DNA of 64,000 nucleotides, taken from Octopus sinensis. Its lineage: Eukaryota. The number at the start of each line of letters is the position of its first letter. Within the stretch, counting starts at the first letter, position 1. The stretch lies in assembly GCF_006345805.1 (NCBI RefSeq), contig NC_043016.1, forward strand, positions 25,420,001 through 25,484,000. The letters are read 5' to 3'. Under the pieces are notes generated by a model. That model did not search any database and was not told the origin of the DNA. It was given only the letters and a program-made list of their open reading frames with translations. Both the position numbers and the translations under genes were made by a program. Positions 38,221 through 51,895 of the stretch are shown piece after piece.

Positions 38221-39680
38221 CTCTTTTACTCTTTTACTTGTTTCAGTCTTTGACTGTGGCCATGCTGGAAACCGCCTTTGGTCGAGCAAGTTGACCCCAG
38301 GACTTATTCTCTGTAACCCTAGTACTTCTTCTATCAGTCTCTTATGCCAACTGCTAAGTTAAGGGATGTAAACACACCACCATCGGTTGTCAAGCGATGT
38401 TGGGGTGGGGACAAACACAGACACACAAACATATACATACACACACATACACACATATCTCTCTCTTTACTCTTTTACCTGTTTCAGTCATTTGACTGCG
38501 GCCATACTGGAGCACTGCCTTTAGTTGAGCAAATCGACCCCGGGACTTATTCTTTGTAAGCCCAGTACTTATTCTATCGGTCTCTTTTGCCGAACCGCTA
38601 AGTGATGGGGACATAAACACACCAGCATCAGTTGTCAAGTAATGCTAGAGGGAGAAACACAGGCACACAAACATATACACACATATATATATATATACAT
38701 ATATACGACAGGCTTCTTTCAGTTTCCATCTACCAAATCCACTCACAAGGCTTTGGTCGGCCCGAAGCTATAGCAGAAGACATTTGCCCAAGGTGTCACG
38801 CAGTGGGACTGAACCCGGAACCATGTGGCTGGTTAGCAAGCTACTTACCACACAGCCACTCCTGCGCCTATATATATATACACACACATATATGACGGGC
38901 TTCTTTCAGTTTCTGTCTACCAAATCCACTCACAAGGCTTTGATCGGCCTGAGGCTATAGTAGAAGACACTTGCCCAAGGTGTCACGCAGTGGGACTGAA
39001 CCCCAAACCATGTGGTTCGTAAGCAAGCTACTTACCACACAGCCACTCCTGCATCTATATGTAGAAATGGTCTAAGTAAAAATTACATATGGTAGAAATT
39101 TCATACATAAGAACTGCCCATAGCTTTTTCCACCCACCCCAATATGTATGTGTGTATGTGAGTATGTGTCTGTATGTGTGTATACAGCCACATTGTCTAC
39201 TGCTTCTTTAAGGCGTCAGATAATGATTTTAAGAAGACATTTAACTGCTATTTCTAGCAGATGAAACTCTCATACAGAGATTCTTTCATGTGTTAAACTC
39301 TTTACTCTTTTACTCTTTTAATTGGTTGCAGTCATTTGACTGTGGCCATGCTGGAGCATCACCTATAGTCGAGCAAATCGACCCTGGGACTTATTCTTTG
39401 TAAGCCTACTACTTATTCTATCGGTCTCTTATGCTGAACTGCTAAGTTACAGGGAGGTAAACACACCAGCATTGGTTGTCAAGTGATGTTGGGGGGACAA
39501 ACACAGACACACAAATGCACACACACACAAATGCACACACACACATATATACATATACATATATACGACAGGCTTCTTTCAGTTTCCGTCTACCAAATCC
39601 ACTCACAAGGCTTTGGTCGACATGTGGCTATAGTAGAAGGTGCCAAGCAGTGGGACTGAACACAGAACCATGTGGCTGTC
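38221..39680 (-). mobile_element. Nested or tandem SINE A copies (38221-38440, 38465-38870, 38890-39055, 39298-39680)
   Basis: A full copy sits inside the internal microsatellite of another copy. Confidence 0.85.
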
Positions 39681-40364
39681 TTGAAGTTTCTTTTTTTTTT
39701 CCCTAATTTCAAAATATGTGGATTTTATATTATTAAAGAATTTTAAAGAATTTTTTTAATGGTCACAAGGGAAAATATTATCATTATATCTTAACAGATG
39801 ATGAGCCGGCAGAATCAGCAGAGTATCAAATAGAAATACTTTGTCTTTGGTCTTCTGACACTTTGTTCTCTGAGTTCAAAGAGTTGGTCTGAGTTCAAAT
39901 CCCGTCGAGATTAACATTAGTTTTTTATCCTCTCAGGAGTTTCAATAAAAAAAAAAGTACCAAACTGGAATGGTGGACTAGAAAAAAAATGCAAAAAACT
40001 TTGGGCTAGATTCCTTGAAGCATTTTCTTGTCTCACTGCATTCCAAGTTTAAATCCTTGTTTGATAGAGTTAATCTTACAACACTGTTATGCTGTCTTGT
40101 TACCTTTAAACTCTGACCTAAAATCTTATTGTGTGACCTGATCTCTGCCTTTCCCATACATCCTCATCCTTGTTTTCATCATTATCATGATGATGATCAT
40201 CATCATCATTGTCATTATCATCATTGTTAACATCATCACCACTATTCTCTTCCTCCTCCTCGTAATTGTCATTACCATCACTACCACCACCCTTCTCCAC
40301 TTTTTTCACCTCAACATCATCATGTCTCCAAAAGTGATGATGATGATGATGATAATGATGATCA

Positions 40365-41268
40365 TCATCATCGTTTAACATCCACTTTCCATGCTAGCAT
40401 GGATTGGACGATTTGACTGAGGTCTGGCGAACCAGATGGCTGCACCAGGCTCCAATCTTGATCTGGCAGAGTTTCTACAGCTGGATGCCCTTCCTAACGC
40501 CAACCACTCTGAGATTGTAGTGGGTGCTTTTACATGCCACCGGCATGAGGGCCAGTCAGGCAGTACTGGCAGTGTCCATGCTCAAATGGTGCTTTTTTAT
40601 ATGCCACCTGCACAGGAGCCAGTCCAGCGGCACTGGCAATGACTTTGCTCGAATGTTTTTCATGTGCCACCAGCACAAGTGCCAGTAAGACGACACAGGT
40701 AATGAACATGCTCGAATGGTGCTTTTTATGTGCCACCGGCACAGAGGCCAGTTTGTTGCTCTGGCAACGATGACGCTCATATGGTACTTTTAGCACTCCA
40801 CTAGCACAGATGCCAGCATCGAATTTGATTTCAATTTCGATTTCACTTGCCTCAACAGGCAGAGTTTAGTGTCCAATGAAGGAAAGGTATGCATAAGTGG
40901 GCTGATTACAACCCTGGCATAAGCCACGAGGTTATGGTCTCACTTGGCTTGCCGGGTCTTCTCAAGCTCTGCATATTTCCAAAGGTCTTGGTCACTAGTC
41001 ATTGCTTCGGTGAGGCCCAAGTTCAAAGGTCATGCTTCACCACTTCATCCCAGGTCTTCCTGGGTTTACCTCTTCCACAGGTTCCCTCAACCGCTAGGGT
41101 GTGGCTCTTTTTCACACAGCTATCCACATCCATTCTCGCCACATGGTCATACCAGTGCAATCATCTCTCTTGCACACCACATTTGATGCTTCTTAAGTCC
41201 AACTTTTCTCTCAAGGTACTAACACTCTGTCGAGTATGCACACTGACATTACACATCCATTGGAGCAT
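40365..41268 (-). mobile_element. RTE LINE 3' end
   Basis: Reverse complement of 10845-11752. Confidence 0.9.
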
Positions 41269-41334
41269 GATGATGATATTAACAATGACAATGATGACAA
41301 GGACAACAATGACAATGATTATGATGATAATGAC

Positions 41335-41388
<54 letters not shown>

Positions 41389-41454
41389 GAAGTGCAGGAG
41401 TAGGAGAAGAAGAAGTAGGAAAAGGAGGAGGAAGAGAAGGAGAAGGAAGTTAAA

Positions 41455-41680
41455 TGTAGAAGTCAGATCACACAATGTTAAGTGTAAGCCCAAGCTCAGG
41501 TTATACAATGAGGGAATAGTGGAGGTCATACAATGTGGAAGTAAACCTGAAGTCAAGTCACAGGATGTGGAAGTAAGCCAAAAGTCAAGTCACACCATGT
41601 GGAAATGAGCCAAAGATCAAGTCATACAACAAGGGAAAGGTAGCAGATCAAGCCAGTGGTTCAGGTCACACAACAGCGTA
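41455..41680. repeat. ~30-bp minisatellite (aagtcaagtcacacaatgtggaagtaagcc-like), about six degenerate units
   Basis: Direct reading. Confidence 0.7.
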
Positions 41681-42246
41681 ATTGGGTTTTAAAAATCAAT
41701 TGTCATAAATTATGAATGATAAGCAAATATTTTAATACAGTCTCTTCAAACCCAGATTTAAAACTTCATCTGCTGCAAAGGTTCTTTTATGCCACAACTC
41801 TGACATTCTACTTCAACTCTATTCCATTCATTTAAGCTAATCTCTGAGAGGTCTTTTAGTACTGCTGACTATTGTTTCCTTAATATGACTGGCATCAGAT
41901 TTCATTTAATAACTTGGACACATTTCTTTAATGATTTTTCAGTTAAATAAATACTCTCTGTTCACCAAAAGCTTTTCTTCCTCACTTTTTCCACTTCTCT
42001 TTTTCTTTCCCACTCTCTATCATATGCATATGAATAAACATATATATATACAATACACATACACATGGACATACGCATTGACATTTACATTGTCTCACAC
42101 ACTCATATACATTGATATACATGCACACACAAACATAATAAGCCATAACTGGGTGTGAAGGCATGCGGTTAATTGGTTGGGGCTATTTGGCTCATGATCA
42201 CAAGTCTGAGTTCTATAGCCCACAGAGCATGTGTCCTTGGGCAAGA

Positions 42247-42346
42247 NNNNNNNNNNNNNNNNNNNNNNNNNNNNNNNNNNNNNNNNNNNNNNNNNNNNNN
42301 NNNNNNNNNNNNNNNNNNNNNNNNNNNNNNNNNNNNNNNNNNNNNN
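42247..42346. other. Assembly gap (100 N)
   Basis: Run of N. Confidence 1.
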
Positions 42347-42516
42347 TTTGAGACAGATTTTCTACAATCAGATGCCTTTCCTGTAATCAACCCTTACCTG
42401 TTTCTAGGTAAGGTGATATTAGTTTCAAGCTTTGTTACAAGGCCAGCAATTTCGGGCGAGGGGGAAGTTGACCCTAGTGCACAACTGGTACTTATTTTAT
42501 CAATCCCCCCCACCCC

Positions 42517-42852
42517 GTGAAGGTGCATGGCTCAGTGGTTAGAGCGTCGAGCTTACGATCATGAGGTTGTGAGTGTGAACCCTGGACCGGGCTACGTGTT
42601 GTGTTCTTGAGCAAGACACTTTATTTCACATTGCTTCAGTTCACTCAGCTGTAGAAATGAGTTGTGACTTCACAGGTGCCAAGCTGTATCAGCCTTTGCC
42701 TTTCCCTTGGATAACATCGGTAGCATGGAGAGAGGAGAGTGGTATGCATGTGTGACTGCTGGTCTTCCATAAATAACCTTGCCCGGACTTGTGCTTGGGA
42801 GGGTAACTTTCTAGGTGCAATCCCATGGTCAGTCATGACCAAAGGGGAGTCT
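42517..42852 (+). mobile_element. tRNA-Arg-like, CORE-type SINE inserted in a SINE B copy
   Basis: tggctcagtggttagagcg head; gtgttcttgagcaagacact...cagctgtagaaatgag; sibling copies at 49445-49720 and 42156-42246. Confidence 0.8.
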
Positions 42853-43124
42853 CAGCAGAATCCCACCCCAAAAGTATGGAAGTCAAAGTTGACCTCGGTA
42901 GAATTTGAACTCAGGACATGAAGATAGACGAAATGTTGCTAAGCATTTTGCCTCACATGCTAACAATTCTGCCAACTTGCCAATCTTAGGTAAGGTAACA
43001 TTTTCCTTTTTTTCAAGGAAGACTGGAAATGAACAGATGCACTTACTTGATAGTGACACTCATTTACAATTATACTGTGATGTCTAGTCAAGGAGACACA
43101 AATGTATGCTCCCATGAATATATA

Positions 43125-43159
<35 letters not shown>

Positions 43160-43161
<2 letters not shown>

Positions 43162-43515
43162 GTATATATACTTTTTTTTACTCATTTACTTGTTTCAGTC
43201 ATGTGACTGTTGCCATGCTGGAGCACTGTCTTAGTCAAGCAAATCGACTCCAGGACTTATTCTTTTTTGTAAGCCTAGTACTTATTCTATTGGTCTCTTT
43301 TGCCGAACCGCAAAGTTACAGGGACATAAACACACCAGCATCGGTTGTCAAGCAATGTTGGGGGGACAAACACAGACACACATACATACGTATATATGAT
43401 GAGTTTCATTCAGTTTCCGTCTACGAAATCCACTCACAAGGCTTTGGACAGCCCGAGGCTATAGTAGAAGTGGGACTGAACCCAGAACCATGTGGTTCAT
43501 AAGCAAGCTACCACA
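43160..43515 (-). mobile_element. SINE family A
   Basis: Reverse-complement similarity to SINE A. Confidence 0.85.
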
Positions 43516-44361
43516 CATATATATATATAAAGCCAAAAAGTTAGAATAGCCACGGCTGGAACATCTTTGAGTATAAGTCTACTCAATAATATAATCTGGG
43601 TTAACCTAGAACTAAACAATAACAACACCAACACCAACATTATTATTACTTTAGAGACAGCTTAGAACATCTGTTATTGTACACATGCACACCATATACA
43701 TACACACACACACACACACACACCATATATATTTAATATATTATATCTATATAACCCTTTACTTTATATATATATATATATATACATATATATATAATAA
43801 ACCGTTTACTTTCTATAAATATGTGAGAACTTCTTTTTGTTTATTTATTTTTTGTTGTTTTTGTGACTTCATTTTTTCTGACTCTGCTATTGTGGTCTCC
43901 CCCACCTCCACTCTCACCATCCTTACCACGACCACAAACACTACCACAACCAACACTACCATAAATACCACCATCACCCTACCACCACCACTGCTACCAG
44001 CATCACCACCACCACCAACAACAACAACAACAACAATAACAACCCACCACCACCACCACCACCACCACCGCCGCCATCATAATCAACATTGTAATTATAG
44101 TAATTTTAGCATCTATTTTTTAACATGATAGTATGAGGTGGACATGTTAAATGTCTTTTTATTATTAGTTTTTTTTTTGTTATTTTTATCACTGCACATT
44201 GGTCTGAGATCTGTCATCTTCTTCAAGAAGACCAGCATCCTCGGATCTAATCTCACTATCTCCTTTCAATGTTAAAATTTTCTTTCTCAACAGCACAAAT
44301 CTCTTGGACCTTGAGTCACTCTGTTACTTCTGCTAAATATTAATAAAAATATATACATATA

Positions 44362-44531
44362 CAGGCATAGGAATGGACATGTGGTAAGTAGTTTGCTTAC
44401 CAACCACATGGTTCCGAGTTCAGTCCCACTGCATGGTACCTTGGGCAAATGTCTTCTACTGTACCTTCAGGTTGACCAAAGCCTTGTGAGTGGATTTGGT
44501 AGATGGAAACTGAAAGAAGCCTGTCGTTTTT

Positions 44532-44581
<50 letters not shown>

Positions 44582-44950
44582 GTATGTATATATGTATATG
44601 CTTGTATTCCTGTTTGTTCCCCCACCATTGCTTGACAACCGATGTTGGTGTGTTTATGTCCCCATAACTTAGCAGTTCAGAAAAAGAGACCGACAGAGTA
44701 AGTACTCAGCTTACAAAGAATAAATTTTGGGGTTGATTTGTTCAACTAAATGTGGTGCTCTAGCATGGTCGCAGTCAAATGACTGAAACAAATAAAGGAA
44801 TAGAGTGTGCATTGGTTGCCAAGCGATGGTGGGGGAACAAACAGACACACACACAAACATATACATACATACATGCATATATATATATATATATATGACA
44901 GGCTTCCATCTACCAAATCCACTCACAAGGCTTTGGTCAACCCGAAGCCC
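44362..44950. mobile_element. SINE A (+, 44362-44805) abutting an inverted SINE A fragment (-, 44806-44950)
   Basis: Direct similarity in opposite orientations. Confidence 0.85.
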
Positions 44951-44984
44951 AATGAAGAAGAAAAGAAGGAAAAAAAGTTAGCAT

Positions 44985-46320
44985 AACAGATTGAATGTAT
45001 GCGATTTGATTGGTTTATAGATATTAAACCATTTAAATTTTAAAATCCCAAACCATGGTATTGGTATATACAAGGACGATGCTTTGACAGTGTCATACAA
45101 TTTTGATGGCCATGCTATGGATTCCTTCAGAAAACAGGTGATTTTCACCTTCAGCTCTTTGGAACTTAAAATTTCTGTTGACTCTAACCTAACTATCACA
45201 ATACCATTTTTTATACATATCCTTAAACCTCAAGACTAATTCATATAAACCTTTCCATAAGCCCAATGAAAATCTAAAATATATTAATAAGCACTCTTCT
45301 CCCCATCTATTATATTTGAAAAATTTAACTCCTAATATTAGCCATAAAATTTTTCATTTAGAGAAACATTTTAAAAGGCATCCAATATTTTAATAAGCCT
45401 TTATAGGATAATGGCTTTGTTGATAAAATCTCAAACAACTAGTAGTAAGAATAGGTCCTACAATGTTTTATGGTTTGCCCCGCCTTTCTCCCTAAATGTT
45501 AAGAGAAATATAGGTAGAAGATTTTTAGTCTTATTAGATAATCACATTTCCAGCAACCATAGGTATAGTAAGATATTTAATAGGCACGCAATTAGAGTTA
45601 TGTAATCCTGTTCTCCTAATATAAGTACCTGTATCAATAAGCAACTGCTGACTCAGTCCAGTCCCAGATGCATAAGCAGAGATAAATCTATATGCTCTCT
45701 AGGGCAAGGATGAGATATATCTCCTGTTGTTTATGAGGCATGGGTATTGACAAACTATGACACCAACCAGAGACCAAACATTACATAGCAGTGTTTCTAA
45801 ACCTATTTCCACCCCAAATTTTTCCACAATAACTTTCCAGGAAAATGTATGCCCCACCAGTGGTTGGAAAAAAACAACTTCAATTTTAATATTTCATAAT
45901 TATATACTTTCCTTAAAGAAATATCCACACAACAGCATTAAAAGGATGCTATACTGTAGCAAACAGCCTTCATGCAATATTCTTGGTTGGAGGGATTGCT
46001 TTGGCTAGTATATGTGTAGTATAGGTGTAGTATGTTGGCTGTGAGAAAAAGAATTACACAATTCCATGTCCCACTAAAAAAAGGACACAAAATTGGGGTC
46101 CTACCCCCTACCACAATTTTTTCAGGTCCCACATTGGGAATCACTGTTATATAGGATTTGTGGAGATAAAAATTAAAGTCTAGATACAACAATCATCTTT
46201 ATAACTCAAGACATCCTGATAAGAAACATGCAACAAACCTCTTGGCATTAACCCCGGAGACTTAAGGATGACAACATCAACTACCACATTACATGGAAGA
46301 TCCTTTCTAAGACCAAAGAA
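44985..46320 (+). mobile_element. Penelope-like element remnant (RT plus GIY-YIG endonuclease)
   Basis: GIGIYKDDAL; VLWFAPPFSLNVKRNIGRRFL..KIFNR; VVYEAWV...HYIG..KSRYNNH; YHITWKILSK. Confidence 0.85.
45789..46146. mobile_element. hAT-type MITE with 8-bp TSD, inserted at the PLE YIG motif
   Basis: cagtgtttctaa.../...ttgggaatcactg termini; TSD ttacatag (45781-45788) / ttatatag (46147-46154). Confidence 0.8.
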
Positions 46321-46328
46321 TCAAAAAG

Positions 46329-46563
46329 AAGGCGGTGAGCTGGCAGAATCATTAGCACACTGGGCGAAATGCTTAGCAGTATTTCGTCTGTCCTTATGTT
46401 CTGAGTTCAAATTCTGCTGAAGTTGACTTTGCCTTTCATCCTTTCAGGGTCAATTAAATAGGTACCAGTTACACACTGGGGTCGATATAATCGACTTAAT
46501 CTGTTTGTCTGTCCTTGTTTGTTCCCTCTGTTTGTAGCCCCTTGTGGGCAGCAAAGAAATAAG
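46329..46563 (+). mobile_element. SINE family B, full length
   Basis: A-box-like tggcagaatcatta and B-box gagttcaaattc; tail gcaaagaaataag. Confidence 0.9.
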
Positions 46564-47135
46564 AACCAAAAAGATGTTCCATACCCTTACTTAAGAAATT
46601 ATATCTTTTAAAAAACTTAAGAACATTCAGGAACTGTATAAATACCAGGAGCAAGATGTTAACTCCATGTCTGCATTTTACAAAATACATCTTAGGAATT
46701 AAGGATAAATCACTGGACCCCATAATCCATTCCAGTGTTGGTTTATGAAATGCAGTTGATTATCTTCCCTTGATTGCACTCTGCCTTTTGCTAGGAGTGT
46801 GTGTGTGCTCATTCAAACCTTTATTACATTGAATGCAGTTACTAAATCATCTTGTTGCTTTTACAGTTTGATAAATTGTGAAATTAAATTGATGCTTCAG
46901 CAAGAAACATTGGGTCGTTGAATTTCTCTAGGCTTTTTGTAGATTTTTATAAATAATAATGATGATGATGTTGATGATGGAGAACAAGGTAAAGTTAGTG
47001 TGGGATGAAATTGAACATGAAATAGAACATCAAAAGCTGGATGTGGTGGGTGTGAATAAAGAGAAAAAGAAGCTTAATAACACACACACATGAATAGAAA
47101 AAAGTGTGTGAGTGCACATATATAGTTGTATGTGC

Positions 47136-47185
<50 letters not shown>

Positions 47186-47305
47186 ATTGTATGTATTATA
47201 TATGTGTGAGTGTGTGTGTGTTTGTATATCTATCTATCTATATACATATATATATATGCATATACATACAAATATACATATCTATATTTTTCCATATATG
47301 CATAC

Positions 47306-47364
<59 letters not shown>

Positions 47365-48059
47365 AATACACACATACATACAAATATTTAGTGAAGTCAT
47401 GATCAAAGATGCTCCAGCTGTGACCATCATGGGTGTGACCAGGATTTCAACGAAGGGGTACCTCTCAATTATTAAAATGGATCCTTGGCTAGCCCACATC
47501 TAATTGGGAAAAGGCACAAAATTAAAATAATATCTAATCTCACAGGAACTGAAACGGGGTAGGGAGGTGCAGGGGTTTCTAAAACCCATCAAAGCACTCT
47601 TGGCTTCGTCTGTAACCATTCTATCTATTTTCCCAGGCATTGTGTATATTAGGGGTTGCATTATCCAATCAGTCTGTCCCATTTTTTTTTGAGACAGCAG
47701 AGTGTGATATGCATGCAATATGGCTGTTATTTTTAGCAAGCAGCTTTATATTTTGTTAAATTAATAAAGATTGGTATACACTTCCTAAAAAGAAGCCCAC
47801 ATTTGGTACGAATCTTAATCTCATTCTCTAAGCTGTGTAATCTTAATTTTAATCAGTTAATCTTTTAATCCTGATTTGAAACTTGTTTCCGTAAGTTTTC
47901 TCTTTTTCAAACGTAACAGAGAGGAAAGTTGAATTAAAACTTTTTGGTGCAAGATTGACAATAGCAAAGTGGGTTGTGTTCTGGGACTGAATGAAATTCC
48001 TATAGCAGGATATTGGTTTAACATACAATATCTTTCTGATGATCCCGAATTACTTTCCC

Positions 48060-48420
48060 ACTCTCTTTTCCTCTTATCTCTCTATCCCTCTGTCTGGCTG
48101 TTTGTCTGTTTGTCTGTCTGTCTACCTGTCTGTCTGTCTCTCCCTCTCTCTCTCTCCCTCTGTCTCTCCCTCTGTCTCCCTCTCTCTCTCTCCCTCTCTC
48201 TCCCTCTCTCTCCCTCTCTCTCTCTCCCTCTCTCCCTATACCTCTATCTACCCCTCTTCCTCTCTCTCTCTCCCCATCTCCCCTCTCTCTCTCATTCTTC
48301 ACACACACACACACTCACAAATGCACACAGAACCACAAATGCAACCACAAACACACACACAGCCACAAAGCACACACATGCACATATGAGTGCATAGACA
48401 CACACACACATGCACACATA
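48060..48420. repeat. (CTGT)n/(CT)n/(CA)n microsatellites
   Basis: Direct reading. Confidence 0.9.
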
Positions 48421-48712
48421 CATCCATCTATTTATCCAGCTGCCATTTAATTATCCATCTATCTATCTTTTTATCAATCTTTCCATCTAGTATCTCACTT
48501 TGTATATGTATACATACACATAAATACTTAAGGAAATAAACATTTGTGTATAAAATATATGTGCTCATGTGTATACTTATATATATATACACGTTCACAC
48601 ACACATATGTTCATATATATATATATATGTATGTGTGTGTATATATATATATATATATAATATGAAAAATATATACATATGTATGTGTGTGCATATATAT
48701 ATATATATATAT

Positions 48713-48714
<2 letters not shown>

Positions 48715-48744
<30 letters not shown>

Positions 48745-48965
48745 TTAGCGTCCGCTTTCCATGCTAGCATGGGTTGGACGGTTCAACTGGGGTCTGTGAA
48801 GCCAGAAGGCTGCATCAGGCCCAGTCAGATCTGGCAGTGTTTCTACAGCTGGATGCCCTTCCTAACGCCAACCACTCCGTGAGTGTAGTGGGTACTTTTT
48901 ACGTGCCACCCGCACAGGTGCCAGACAGAGCTGGCAAACAGCCACGGATGGATGGTGCTTTTTAA
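48715..48965 (-). mobile_element. RTE 3' end
   Basis: (CAT)n tail in (TA)n; matches 6650-6870. Confidence 0.85.
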
Positions 48966-49444
48966 ATAATGAGGATAGAAATTGATATCAATCAATTAAC
49001 AGAATTTAAACCAGTGGTCTAGCATATTAAAATATATATATATATTAAAAAAGATATACATATATATATAAAAATAGATATATATATATATATATATATA
49101 TTTGTATATGTTTGTGTGTGTGTGTTTGTCCTCCAACATTGCTTGACAACCTGTGTTGTTGTATTTACATCCCTGTAACTTAGCAGTTTGTCAAAAGAGA
49201 CCAATAGAATAAGTACTAGGCTTACAATTTTATATATATATGCATATATGGGCACAGGACGTCACCAACAGTAAACAACATGAAATATGAAAACAAATGA
49301 GTTAAAAATACAAATAATGAGAGAAAAGAAAGGACAAGTAATACAAAGAATGACCCTCCATCAGTTGTTAGCAGCCTATCTACTCCCCATTTCAAGATAT
49401 ATGCATATATATTTGCACATAAGCATATATATATTTATATTAAT

Positions 49445-49720
49445 GTGAAGGCGTATGGCTCAGTGGTTAGAGTTTTGAGCTTACGATCATGAGGTTGTGA
49501 GTTTGAATCCTCGACTGGGATGCATGTTGTGTCCTTGAGCAAGACACTTTATTTCACGTTGCTCCAATTGACTCATCTGTAGAAATGAGTTGTGATGTCA
49601 CAGGTGCCAAGCTGTATCGGCCTTTACCTTTCCCTTGGATAACACTAGTGGTGTGGAGAGGGGAGGCTGGTATGCATGGGCGACTGCTGGTCTTCCATAA
49701 GTGACCTTGCCCGGACTTGT
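49445..49720 (+). mobile_element. tRNA-Arg-like CORE-type SINE
   Basis: Colinear with 42517-42790. Confidence 0.85.
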
Positions 49721-49796
49721 CCCACGGTCTCAGCATATATATATTAACACACACATATATATATAAACACACACACATGCACATGTATGTGTGTGA

Positions 49797-49988
49797 ACTT
49801 TAGGATAGTTAAACTATGTTTGTGACATATTTCAACTTCTAAAGGCAAATTCACTATTTTGACCATAGGGAAAAAATTTTATTTTGTGGTAAAAAGATGT
49901 GAAACCATTATATTGCCACAGTAATTACAGTGAATTTGCCTTTAGATGATGAAATATATCACAACATATTTTAACTAACCTAAAGTTT
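49797..49988. repeat. Inverted repeat of the family D end (~60-bp arms)
   Basis: aactttaggatagttaaa...aaattcact / agtgaattt...taacctaaagtt. Confidence 0.75.
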
Positions 49989-50105
49989 GCTTATACCTAC
50001 TCACTACTTTAGACTGATACTGTTGAATATATATATATATAATATATATTACAGAGATGTATTTGAATAGCAAGTGATCTGATCTGAGAACGTGTGCTGG
50101 AACGA

Positions 50106-50337
50106 AAACAATTGCAGCGTGGAAGGTTTTCATAAGCCATTTAAGAAACACACCAAAACCGTTAGATTCACTTCAATATTTAAATTTAATGCATCACGGA
50201 GTTTTGTTAGTGAACAGGCCATTCTCTCAAAGCGATGAAAATATTTTGACAAGTTAAATTTAAAGGTTGAAGTGAATCTAACGGTTTTTGTGCGTTTCTT
50301 AAATGGCTTATATACACCTTTCACGCTGCAATTGTTT
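50106..50337. mobile_element. Inverted-repeat element (~84-bp arms) with a G3-C8 hammerhead-like centre
   Basis: Arms 50106-50189 and 50254-50337; ttgtta-GTGAACA...GAAA-atatt-t-tgacaa at 50204-50252. Confidence 0.7.
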
Positions 50338-50354
50338 ATATATATATTCTTCCT

Positions 50355-51267
50355 TCTTTTATTCTTTCATTCTTTTACTTGTTTCAGTCATTTGACCTCA
50401 GCCATGCTGGAGCACTGCTTTTAGTTGAACAAATCAACCCCAGAACTTATTCTTTGTAAGCCTAGTACTTATTCTATCAGTCTCTTTTGCCGAACCACTA
50501 AGTTACATGGACATAAATACACCAACACCGGTTGTCGAGCAATGGTGGTGGGACAAACACAGACACACAAATATATATGTATATATATGTGTGTTTGTGT
50601 GTGTGTGTGTGTATGTATGTATATATGTATATATGTATATAAAACAATAAAAAAATAACCAAAGAAATTTTCTTTTTCTGTAGTGTCCCTTTAAAACTCA
50701 TTAAAGGTTTACCAAATGACCTCCATGTAATTTATTTCTGTGATGTTAATCACCGTGCAAAAAAAAAAAAAATAGAGCATGGATCACTTAAAATGAAAGA
50801 TCTCCCCACCCCCACTCCAATCTTCTGATTTACTTTAAACACTAATATCAAATAACTGTTTTCGTAACATTAACTTCTGCTGAAATTGCTGTGTCTCTAA
50901 TCACATGGAAGTAATTGATATAAACTGGCATTCTACTCTAATGCTTGGAGATTCTGTCATGTTAGTGAAGAATTTGGTCCCGATGTCCTCACGTTAGATT
51001 GGGGAAAACCAGGAGTAACTATAAAGGAAATATTTAATACATCAAGAATTACTGATTGAAAGGGTTCAGTTTGTTCCCTAAAAAAAAAAGTAGTTTGAAT
51101 ACTGTATGTATATGAATAGGTTTGGTTATGCCTGTGTGGTTAAGAAGTTCACTTTGCAATTTGCAATCACATGGTTTCAGGTTCAGCCCCACTGTGCAGC
51201 ACCTTGAGTAATGTATGTATTCTAATATAGAACTTGAGAACTTTGTCAACCAAAGCCTTCTGATGTG

Positions 51268-51323
<56 letters not shown>

Positions 51324-51895
51324 TTGTGTGTAGATATATATATATTAAGGAAGGAAATAAACGCGTCTGAATACCTATTTAAGCATTCGAACCTAGTTAA
51401 ATAAATTGTCCAGTTATTATCATAGCAATCTGTATACATTGTTATAGTTTAACTGTGACAAGTACAATTTGTAAAAGCCATCTTTTATTCTTTTACTTGT
51501 TTCAGTCATTTGACTGTGGCCATGCTGGAGCACCGCATGGGGTCGAGCAAATCGACCCCAGGACTTATTCTTTGTAAGCCCACTACTTATTGTATCAGTC
51601 TCTTTTGCCGAACCGCTAAGTAATGGGGATGTAAACACACCAGCATCGGTTGTTGGGGACACACACACACACACAAACATATACACATATATAATACAAA
51701 CATATACACATATATAATACACGTATATAATACAACGGTCTTCTTTCAGTTACCGACTACCAAATCCACTCACAAGGCTTTGGTTAGCCCGAGGCTATAG
51801 TAGAAGACATTTTGCCCAAGGTGCCACGCAGTGGGACTGAACCCAGAACCATGTGGTTGGTAGGCAAGCTACATACCACACAGTGACTCCTGCGC
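50355..51895. mobile_element. SINE A copies (50355-50570 -, 51120-51265 +, 51481-51895 -)
   Basis: Similarity to the SINE A consensus. Confidence 0.85.

Noticed and set aside
42517-42590. tRNA genes at SINE heads (also 49445, 55835-55907, 19755-19830)
   Set aside because: No complete acceptor stem, and each head runs straight into a SINE body.
49255-49400. Further hammerhead candidates (also 18920-18990, 36440-36560, 62770-62860)
   Set aside because: Only partial ctgatg or gaaac motifs; stems I-III could not be assembled.
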